Shown: in pieces, positions 45,501 through 56,091 of the stretch
Layout of the letters: every line of letters begins with the position of its first letter
Position numbering within the stretch: position 1 is the first letter of the stretch
NCBI RefSeq assembly: GCF_964355755.1
Contig: NC_092679.1
Location: 7,160,201-7,224,200 of the forward strand
Direction of reading: 5' to 3'
Source of the DNA: Antedon mediterranea
Lineage: Eukaryota; Animalia; Echinodermata
DNA length: 64,000 bases
The notes under the pieces: model-generated
What the model was told of the DNA's origin: nothing
What the model saw: only the letters and a program-made list of their open reading frames with translations
Database searches by the model: none
Made by a program: the position numbers and the translations under genes

Positions 45501-48500
45501 TGAAATTAACATATTTTTATTAACATACAGTCCGAATTGAGTTAATATACACACAAAGCATGTGTACTTAACATTGCAAGACAAATACTTAAAATAAGCA
45601 AATTTACTCTAGAAAATCATTTTCATATTCTGTGAAACAAATTTATGCTTTCTAATTTTTGTTCAACAAGCAAATATATTTATATTTTCAAGTAAAGTTG
45701 ATTTTATATTCTTGAAACAAATTTACATTTCATATATTTTTATTATTATCTGTACTTTTATATACAATTACAATTCATATTTTATGACTAAAGTTTATAT
45801 CTTTTATACAAATTGACTTTTTATATATATTTTAGGTCTGAACTTTTCAAAGTAAATATACATTTTTATGAGTTTAATATACGGTAATTAACATTCTAAT
45901 TTAACTATATACAAATATTTACATAGTATGTTCAGTATGTTTCTACACAATAAGCAATTTTTCAATTTTTTTATTTACGGACCTGGATATTAAAGAACAG
46001 CTTTCCTTTAATTTGCATACATTTCATTTTTGAACAAACAAATATAAAATATTTCTATTTGACCAGCAGTCAAAAGAATAACATTACAGGATAAATTAAA
46101 TTCAAACAATGTATTTTTTTTTAAACATAAGTGTTTCAAATTTGTATTTTACTGTATAATTTATTTTGCTGTTTGGGTTTGGAAATAAAATAAATAAAAT
46201 AAAGTGAATTATTCTTAAATGTATTCAAAGGTTATTGACCTACATACATGGACATTCCTTGACCTCTGTCCAGTTTACATGCTTGACCTCATCGTGAAAA
46301 TGGAACACAAATTTACCCATGCTTTCAATGTGACAAAACAACACTCTGTAAACTTCAACCCGCATTAACATGAAAATATAATGGCATCATGATGATCGCT
46401 GTTAGCATTACTCATTTTGCTAGCAGCTAGCTAAAAGCCCTGCAAGGATTCTGCCCCTTGTTATTATGCTAATGACGGTTTCATATCAAATCACGTAGGT
46501 AAACACAGGTGCTGGCAAAATCTGCTGTCGTCACGGATACAGCAAACACTGGTCCACACTGATTACACAATGTGATGGTTGAAAAACAGCGCGCAAAAAA
46601 AATCTCACATAACCTTTGAACACAATAGATCTGTTTACGACCAATCTCGACGGCCGTAATTTTAAATGTGTACCTCTTGATTGGGAAACCCTGAATGGGA
46701 TCTGCTAATCTCTAAGGTGTGTTCAGAAACTTAAGCATTGGTAAACATTCCAATTGTATGTAAATTTGTCTTAGTCTTTTAAGTATGATCCTAATAAGAA
46801 TGTGTACTTTGCTTAGTGAAATGGAAAACATTTTTTTTTTAAATATGACAACAAGAAGCTGTTGAGCCAATACAATCAGACATATGAAGCAGAAACTTGA
46901 ACCAACAAATTAGCAAACAAGAGAGTTCATTCGGGCAGAAATTCAAATTTACTTTTATTCCATGATCCCTTTAAAGTTAGTCCATAAGTCAGAAACCCTA
47001 TTGTGTTCATTTTCAGCCAGATTTGCAGTGTAAATTGACCAAGACTAATAGTTTAAACAAGATATTTGATTAGAAATCTTTCTTGACTTTTCTATTTGTC
47101 TGTATAATATTCAAGCTTTTCAAAATCACTCCCTGATGGTGCTGATAAACTAAACTATAAAACAACATTTATTTAAGTTTGTAACTTTCACAAACTTTCC
47201 TTAGGCCCTGGGCTAACCAGGTTTACCAGGCTATCAATATGTTTACTCTATAGGCCAACAAACAAATGCATTTATGTTTACAGTAAATACAACAAAGTTT
47301 AAACTGTTATTTAAATCTAAACGGCCCAAAAGAAATTGATCAAATGAATGAAAGTTAATTGTATAAAAGTGTCAAGACTATACAATGAATTATAATAGAA
47401 GATTATTGGTGATTAGTACTATGGCTAATTGGTTAATTGTGCGTGCTTTTGTACAAGTATTAAATCTCCTTTTATATAATTAAATGCTCTTTACAAGTAT
47501 GATGTACTGGTCTTTTCAAGCTGGTGCTGCTCTATAGAGACATAAGTTACAGATGGGCAAAATAGTTGATAAGCTAGTTGCAGATGTAGTTAAAAATAAA
47601 ACATTTGACACTTACTTATATACTTTAAACCACCAGTTACTTACAGCAGAATGGATTTACTATACTTTAGATTAGATTTTGATTACTCACTTACAAAGAT
47701 GTAATGTTTATAGGGCTGTAGACGGCATTAGGCAGATGAGGTGCTGTAGATGCTTCACTACCCAGCAGCGTTAATTTATATTATATTAATAATATATTTA
47801 AGCATCTTCCTTATCAGCTTATGATGTATAGATATTTTATTCCAGAATCAATTTAATGTATGAATTTTTTAAAGTAATGTACACAAACATTGTTGATAGA
47901 ACAGATTTATATACAATTTATCAGAAGTAAATATTTATAACATGTAGCAATATTCATATTTGCATGTAATATAGTATTAGGATGACATACAAACATATTA
48001 ATTAAGTTGACATATAAAACCTAAAAGCAATATTGTTTACCATGTATATTACCATGTATATTGTTTACCATGTATATTTACTTGAAAAATCAGTACAACA
48101 TTTATCAAACACATACAAACACAAAAGTTAGACATAAAATATTGTCATAATGAAGATAATTGTCGTGAGACAATATTTATAAACAAATTGAATGATCTTT
48201 ACTCTTGCTTTTTAAATTGTTGACAATTATTTCTTTCTCAAATTGACATACATTATGCTGTATTTGTTCTAGAGACCCCAATGGCAGTTAGTCTAGTACA
48301 ACATCAAATACAGATACGAACTGATATGTGTAATTATCAACTGAAATCAACAACCGTACTTTAGTCTAATTTCCGTTCCAACAGCCATGTTTACGTTGGT
48401 TGGATTGCCGCGCTCAGCAGCTTCGTTGGATGTAGCTTTATTCGCTTTTGCTAGGTCATATTCTGATAACACTTCCGTATTTATCAGGCAAATATTGCAT

Positions 48501-51500
48501 CATGCGAGTTCAGTAGGTTAAAAGTGGAGATTACTAAATGTGATGTCGTTGTCTTTCAAGTCCAAAAATCAATAACTGTTCTTTTGCTTTGCTAAAGTTT
48601 CATTCTATTTTAAATATTCTTTTTCTTCTGAATTCTAAATGAACATTTACTGATTTGTATCTGTTATAATATTCTCTTTTTTATAAAAGAAGAAGACTTT
48701 GGGAAAGTGAGAACTGCAAAAATGTGTAAAAGTCTGTCTGTCTGTCTGTCTATCTTGAGTAGTTATAACTAAACGAAGACTTGATTGTTTTCAAACTATG
48801 CCTACAAACTTATCACTAATTTGTATTCAAATATTAGTTAATAATAATTTAATATTTACATGTATTACGATGACATACAGACAGAACAAGTAGACAAAGA
48901 GCAGCAATATATACTTACTATGTATATTTACTTGAAAAATCAGTACAACATTTATCATACACTTCAATATGTAAAGTTAGACATAAAATATTGTCTTTAC
49001 AAAGATAATTGTCCAGAGACAATATTTAGAAACAAATTGAATGATCTTTGCTCCTAGTTCTACAATTGTTGACAAATTTCTTTTACAAATTGACATTTAT
49101 GCGGTATTTGTTTTATGAGACCCGTTGGCAGTTAGTCCAGCAATGTACACTATCTGTTTAACTATCAATACAGGCCAAATCAACAATTTGTACTCACTGC
49201 TGATGCACAATAATTACATTCTGAAATGCTTTCTAATCTACAATTAAGTTTCTGGTCATTATGTGCATGTTTGATATGTACAGAAACAAACAAAATGCTA
49301 CAATTACAAATGTATTCTACAAGTAAAGTACATGCTCACTCGCATTTGTAAATGGATATCTTCTGAAGTTTGGCACCCAACATATAAAGTTATACGTCTT
49401 TGTGTTGAGAGTAGGATTCATGTGAAAATGGTAGTTTCTTATTTTTAGAACTTTTATTATAGTCAGATTAGAAAATGATTTTTACTACAAAAAGTCATCA
49501 AAGTAGAAACACCTTATAATTATAATTATGTTTTTAAAATTTGTCTTTATTTAAATTATTTTTTATTTCAGATATATTATATTAATTGATTAATTTGAAT
49601 TGAAAAATGAAGAAATTTGTGATAAATGCATGAACAAAAAGGAGTGTCATTGGAGTAAACCAACCAAAAGCAGTATAATAGATATGAACTTTACCTGTAA
49701 ATCCTGAAGTTCTTTGTTCTTACTTGAGGTGCCCTCAGTGGCACGGTAATTTTCAATTACTTGCCTCTCCAGCTTCTTGCACTAATGATAAATATCATTA
49801 AGTAGGAAAATTAATATTTTGAACAAAAATTAGTAAAACTAGAAAAAAGTACATTTTATTTTAGTCAACTTAATCTGCAGCTACCTTGTCAATATTTTTG
49901 CAATGAACTTCCTACTTCTAAATTGATTTTATTTTTACAATATATTGATAATCAAGTTTTTAGTAGCACACTTTGTAAATTTCATTTCTATTTATATATA
50001 TATAAATCCAAAGGCAAATTACTGAAAAAAATGACAATGCTGTGGGTATCAATGGCTGGATCTCAATGGAGATACAAAAATAAAAAGCGAAAAGCTAAAT
50101 CAAAACGATAAAGTAAACAGCCAGAAAAGTTAGCAGAGCTTTCGCGCAACACTAGCCCTTCATATATATATATATATATATATATAAATCCAAAGGCAAA
50201 TTACTGAAAAAAATGACAATGCTATATATATATAAATCAAAGAGCTGCATAGGCAGGATATAGAAAAAATCAAAATCAAGTAAGTTAAAACTGCCTCAAT
50301 ATAAGTTTATTTTTACGACATGTTTCGGGCATAGCCCATCATCAGATGAAGAGAATTGTAACACAGGATAACATTTGTTACAATTCTCTTCACCTGATGA
50401 TGGGCTATGCCCGAAACATGTCGTAAAAATAAACTTATATTGAGGCAGTTTTAACTTATTTGATTTATATATCTAATTTCCTATGAATGTTGGACTTTCA
50501 GAAAATTCAAGTTTAGAGAGATTTTCCAGTGTTTTTATGGAGCAAATTCGAATGAGGTGGACTAGTTGTTACACTTTTCAAATACTTGTTCCTCTGCTAT
50601 TAATGACCAGTAACTTTTGTGGAGCTTTCGATTTGAGATGACCGACAATGTAGGATTTGCACATTGACATGTCATTGGAATAGATTGACGAAACCTCATC
50701 CAAACCGGCATGCATACAATGAAATAACATGATCCAACTTGTTGCTAGGTCACCATTAATATATGAACCAGTACCCCACCCATCCTACACTTCTAAAAAC
50801 TTGATTTTTATGTTGACTTTACTACATAGGACTTTGGTAACAACAAGTGTATTCAATTATATTCACACACCTGTGTTTTATATAATAAATTACCTACTTT
50901 TTGTTATTTTCTTTCTCTTTCAGTTCCTTAAATTAGCATTTTAGTTTAATATCGTCAAAACTATGATTTAACATAATGTTTAATTGTGTTCCTACGCAAC
51001 ATGTTTTATTGATCACATTTTTTTCAATATTATATTTGTCAATATATATTAACCAGTACGGTATTTTCCCGTCGCTTTTTAGAAAGGTAGATTTAAATAT
51101 GAAAACCTAGAAAACGCAATTCACTCGAAAGAGTAGTGAGGCAAGGTTCATGATATGAACAAAAGGTTTCAAAGTGCAAATATTTGCCTTTTGTCAATTT
51201 CAAAGCTTGCTTCAGGCGAAACAGCTCAAATTGCCAGTCATTCACCTAGAGCCTAGATAAGAGTGTTTGCTTAACTGTAGAGGGTGGTGTTACACAAAGT
51301 GGTAGAGTTGATTGCATGGCTTTCAATCTCAGAGTTTCTGGTTCAAATCCACTTTAATACAAAGTAGCAAACATTATCTTTGCAAATAGTTTAACCATGA
51401 TCAATTTTGGAAAGAGAGAGAGGGCGGTGTTAGACAATTTGAATTTGTTGCATGTGGTGTTGCCTTGTGGTCTCCGATTGGTCCAACTCTACTACAATGT

Positions 51501-54500
51501 CTTGAAGAGAAACTTTACATTAGTTGCCAAAAAGTACCTTGGGTAAAATATGCTTTTTATTAGCTTAGCATTCCTGCATGGAGAAGAAGGCTTATAGATT
51601 TCTCCATTGTTCATTATATAATTAATGGTTATTATAATATAATGCTCAGGCAATTCCTTTATGGTTCAGCATATTAAAACATGTGTTTAAAAAAAACTAT
51701 AGAGGGCAGTAAAAGATCAAACGCCAAAAAACCTGTGAACATGGACACCTGTGAATATGTAGAATTTTATCAGCAGTTGTAATAACAAGGTGTATGGTTC
51801 AAATCCCTGATTGCCAACCAGCACTCTTGACACGATGGTGAGAACTCTGTTCATGTGATATTGAAATGCTAAACAAATTTGATGTTTTACTTTCTTGTCT
51901 TTAGTTTCACTTCATCTTTCAGAAGTTTGTATGTTTAACATACATTGTATTTGGTGGTAAGAAAATAAATATAATCAATGAATTTAGTTTATTAGTTTCA
52001 ACACCTTATAATTTGAGAAGCTGTCAATCAACCATATTACAGACAATCATAAGATGATGACATTGATGTTGTAAACATTATTCAATTCAATAGAAATACT
52101 ACTTCATAATAAAGGAGGTCATAACAGGCATATAGATAACGTGCAGCATTTTAGTGAAAAATACGGTTACATCTCTATATAATTCAACCAAACTCACCAA
52201 GTATACATCTAAAGATAAATTCTGGATGAAAACACAAGTTTTAACTAATTTTTAGATGAGACATGTAATCACTGTTGACAGCTATTTAATAATAAACAAC
52301 AGCCTGATTGATTAGCACTCAAATAATTTATTAATGACATTTTAATGAAACTTCAATCATTTAATTTAAGGACTGAACTTTCTACTAAATACATCAATGT
52401 TGATTGATTTTTATAATTTGATTTTATATATTGATTTTATAGACAAGCTCCATCCACAATGGAAATTAAGAGAATTTTAAATTAATGATTTTAATCATCT
52501 GAATTTTGATTGGTTTGTCTAGGTCTACATATTATGCTTTGTTTTATATTTATCATTTTAAACATAGATAAAGTGATGCATATGCATTTTATTTAAATTC
52601 AAAGAGGACCCTTTAATATCAGTTCTTTTTTGATGAAAAACTGCAAAGGTTCCTCTCTAAAGTCAGAAACTTATTGCGATTATGGATTGGTATTTGACCA
52701 CTACCAATAACCTAATGTTTAGACAATCATATTCTGCCATGGGAGTACATGAAAGGCGAATAACTGAATGACCAACAAATTTGCATCCTTTGACCCCTGA
52801 CCTCCCCAAACCTGGAACTATTGTGTAATATTTTACCTTAGCAATGGCTACATCTCTTTCATGTATAATGGCTCGCATTTCTTCTGAGGTAATGTGCTTC
52901 CTGCGGTCTTTGGTGTTTGATATTTTGTCTATAATGGACGAGCCATACCGGTCAACTTCTTGGCCAGATTCTGCATGTTTGATTTTACCAAGTAGGTCAG
53001 AAACAGACTGAAAAGTATAAATATATATTAATGATAAAATAAAGTGTTTTATTTTCTATTGTGTCTGTGGCAATCTTGAATCACATCTGTTCTGTGTCAA
53101 TTAGTTTTAACTTGTGACGCAAACAAGAAACGATTGTTAAAGTACATTTGTCTAATTTCTGGATTTGTTTTAAATGAAAAAAAATAATTTGGGACCTTTT
53201 GGACAGTTTCAGAGTTTTCAGTAAGTCCAGTATTAAGAGGCTCAACTGTATAACATTTCAGGTGGCATTAAATTGGTGTATTGAATTAAAAAGATAATTA
53301 GCTAGTAAACTGACATTGTTTCCAGGAAAGAACTCTTCATCATTGGAGTTGACATCAGTCCCTGAATCTGACCCGTCACCTTCACCAAGCCTTGACCTCG
53401 CCAATGCTTCGTCTCGTTCCTCATTGGCTAGCCTCAATCGACCCATCACTGCTTCATCTCTCTCCTTCTGAGCTGTGTATATTTCATCTACAATCGCTGT
53501 AGTTAAAAAATATGAATAATAACCATTATTTTGAATATAATGATAATGCTGTTACTGGTGATGTTGAAGAGAAAATGACTTGAGTTACATTGAATTGTTA
53601 TATCAACATGATTTTTTTAATACAGATTATGATTGGTATGATGTGTGGAAAAGGATGAGAAAGACAGTACCCGCTCCTTTAGCAGCTATCTGAGCTGCAA
53701 TTTGTGCTTCAGCCAGGTCTTGCATCAGTTTCATCGATTCTATTTCAGATTCAGCCTCTTCTAACTTCTCAGCTAACTGTAAGTAAAACAAAATAACATG
53801 AAGAACTTTATTTTTTTAATAACTTCAGAAAAAACATGTTAAATAGTTTATGAAGTAACATGTTTTAACCTAGTTTTATTACACTCAATATCAAACCGTA
53901 CAAGTAGACAAGATAATGTAATTCTTCAAATCAAAACAAACCTCTTTATTTAAATCTTTGGATGATGAGAGTTCAAATAATAACTTTGGCATACTCTCTT
54001 CCAAGTCTGGTATATTGAAGCTTTTCTCAACTTGGACGATTCTTGTTTTCATTTCTTTTGGTTCTGATGTCTGACATCCTTCATCTTTAGACGAATTCAT
54101 TGCAGTGTTTTTGTTTTGAGCCGGTTCCGAGACATTATTGTGCAGAGGTGATCTTAGCTGTGTTGGCTCTGAGAATAGAGGTACCAAGAGGGCACCATAA
54201 CCTGACTGAGGGGTACTGATCCCAGGATGTACAGGGCCAAAGTTTGGCTGACTGGGGCCATAATTTGGCTGAATAGGACTATACCTTGAATGGAAAATTT
54301 GAGAATGTACATTACTGGAGCCTTGTTGATGTTGCCCGTTGTCTTCATTACCAACCCACGAACTGTTCGGAGAACTTGCTTGCTGATGGTTTATTACAGC
54401 TGGACTTTCTCTTGGTTCTGTAGTAAAAAAATTGTTTTATTACTGTTTTTAGAACTTTTTGGAGGATATATTGAGAGTGTTAGGTTCATCATGGGATGTA

Positions 54501-55113
54501 TTGAGTTGTTTTTCTTTTTTTATAGTGTGGAGGAGATATCATGAGGGTACTGTATTACTTATATTATACTCGAATTACAACCTTGTTTATATCGTGATTT
54601 GAGGGGAGACAGCCTTTGTTTTAGTTCTTCATTAACAGACGGTTCAGTTCCTCCATACATATCAGTAAATGAGCCATTCTGAGAGTTACCATCCTTCATT
54701 CTGTAAAAGAGAGAAAACATTATAACATATCACATTTAAATTAATTTAGGCTACAATCAATTTATCAGTTTAATCAAGTTGATGATTCCAGCAGGCCTAC
54801 TGAGTACTGTCCATTCTTGGCAGGTCAAGGTCATACATCAAAACAGTATATTAGGACAGTATGAATATGAATAGAATTGTGGTCTCTGGGCCTAGGCCTA
54901 GCTAATGTATATGGATAGGCTTAGGGGATCAACCCATCCATTCCCGCAGCAGCCGCTCAAAACAAACCTGCTTTCCTCTAGCTGCCTTTTCAAATTCGCC
55001 ATTTTCCTACGTGCTTTTTCAACTACAAATTTACGTGTTTCAACCAATTCGTCAATTTCAGAATACCCCGGTGTAAAATGTAATTGTTTAGGTCCAACTT
55101 GAGCTTCGGCCAT
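36595..55113 (-). CDS. MIPOL1: Mirror-image polydactyly 1 homolog (coiled-coil), ~559 aa. Coding exons 54968-55113, 54582-54700, 53942-54417, 53671-53776, 53315-53496, 52837-53007, 49695-49781, 38856-38950, 38284-38514, 36595-36661
   Basis: Ten GT-AG exons are phase-consistent (1680 nt). MIPOL1-type motifs: AIVDEIYTAQKERDEAVMGRLRLANEERDEA, ITSEEMRAIIHERDVAIAKCKKLE, YYSLHKSLSQEANLRDQFN and a terminal LERLVVVLRKK. Adjacency to FoxA supports the call. The first three exons are lower confidence. Confidence 0.92.
42880..44075 (-). mobile_element. Non-autonomous element related to the Helentron-like element at 61221-62399
   Basis: The reverse complement shares ...TAACC.CTTG.T..TGTCAGGATCTTT plus a microsatellite near its 5' end, and internal blocks (ACGAGCACGT, GCGCGC.T.AAA.T.TTCAAAAT), with 61221-62399. 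It also has a tRNA-like A/B-box segment near 43066-43133. Confidence 0.55.
47975..49140. repeat. Local diverged direct duplication (~47975-48295 vs ~48862-49140)
   Basis: Shared blocks TATGTATATTTACTTGAAAAATCAGTACAACATTTATCA, AAGTTAGACATAAAATATTGTC, AAACAAATTGAATGATCTTT and GAGACCC..TGGCAGTTAGTC. Confidence 0.8.
50004..50163 (-). mobile_element. Penelope-like pLTR fragment with 5'-truncated hammerhead motif, between (TA)n tracts
   Basis: The minus strand starts ATGAAGGGCTAGTGTTGCGCGAAAGCTC, a hammerhead core lacking the leading CTG. Its first ~40 bp are duplicated again at ~50186-50224. Confidence 0.55.
50312..50350 (-). ncRNA. Minimal type I hammerhead ribozyme motif, mirror copy (sense to the MIPOL1 pre-mRNA)
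   Basis: The minus strand reads TTCAT-CTGATGA-TGGGCTATGCCC-GAAACATGTC-GTAAA. Confidence 0.68.
50389..50427 (+). ncRNA. Minimal type I hammerhead ribozyme motif (Penelope-type)
   Basis: CTGATGA (50394-50400), stem II GGGC-TAT-GCCC, then GAAACATGTC with a short palindromic stem III and GUC cleavage triplet. Stem I is imperfect. Confidence 0.7.
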
Positions 55114-56091
55114 AACAATTACGACTTGTTTACGACTCCTAATTGCATTACAAAGCTGAAATAGTTTAGGCCCTAGAGTCTAGGCCGACGTAGCGAATCG
55201 TTTCATTTTTTTCTGACACTTGTTGTTTACAGTTTTGTGAATCATCAAAACGACGCTCTTCTCTAGAGGGCGGTCTATTATGCAGCTCGAGCTGATTTTC
55301 CATGCTTCCTACTAACAATACAGAATACCGGTTATCGGAATACCGCCGCCGGGAAGTCTTCTAGTTTTCATTTTCTCTCCGTTCTATCAAATTATCATGC
55401 TTTTTAGCTGAATAACGGTATAAAATTGTTATATTGATTTTTATTAAAATATTGGACTAAATATCAGCTAAGAACGTTGAGCTTAATTTATCTAGCCAGT
55501 CTGTTAAAAAGCTAGGCCAAAAGGGAGGCATATTCTCATGATACTGTCTGTCTCGTTATTTTTATATAGTATTGTAGCTGGCGCCGGTAATGAGGGTGAT
55601 GTACTCAACTAAGTAGGCCTAGTAGTCAAGGCCTAAGTTTTTTCCCAGCCTAGAAATTAAAACAAAAACCCCAGTTAGTTATTTTCATATTCAAATCAGG
55701 CAAAGCAAATAATGATGATTTTTGTTTTCAGCTTTTGTTTCTTTGTTACAAATCAAAACAATAAATATAACAAATTATTTATAATCCATCCATTTTGACG
55801 CACTGTCTGTGTCTGTGACACCGTACCATGTTTATGATAATATGGTGGGTGGTAAAGTGACGGACATTGATACACCTTGTTCGTTGATGTGACGTACCAT
55901 CTAGGTTTTTTGACACAGACACTCCTGCGTCAGTAATTATATAATATATTATATTACCTACTACTGGTAGGTCTCTAATAACTAGGTTATGAACAATTTG
56001 CACATTTTTGTAAAAATCCTAGTTTGAACATTAATAAATTGACTTTATTTATTAGATTTAATTTGTTACGATCCAATCATCTATAAGAAGG
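55114..56091. promoter_or_regulatory. Putative bidirectional promoter region of MIPOL1/CPSF2
   Basis: Start codons diverge 978 bp apart. A CpG-richer core at ~55180-55360 has CCGGGAAGT (ETS-like) and CTAGAGGGCG (CTCF-like) motifs. A splice-acceptor-like TTTATTAG at ~56055 suggests a non-coding CPSF2 exon upstream. Confidence 0.55.

Larger units (their letters stand above)
50273..50466. repeat. Near-perfect inverted repeat, 91-bp arms and 12-nt loop (inverted Penelope-like pLTR pair)
   Basis: 50273-50363 is the reverse complement of 50376-50466, with 2 mismatches by manual comparison. Confidence 0.92.
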
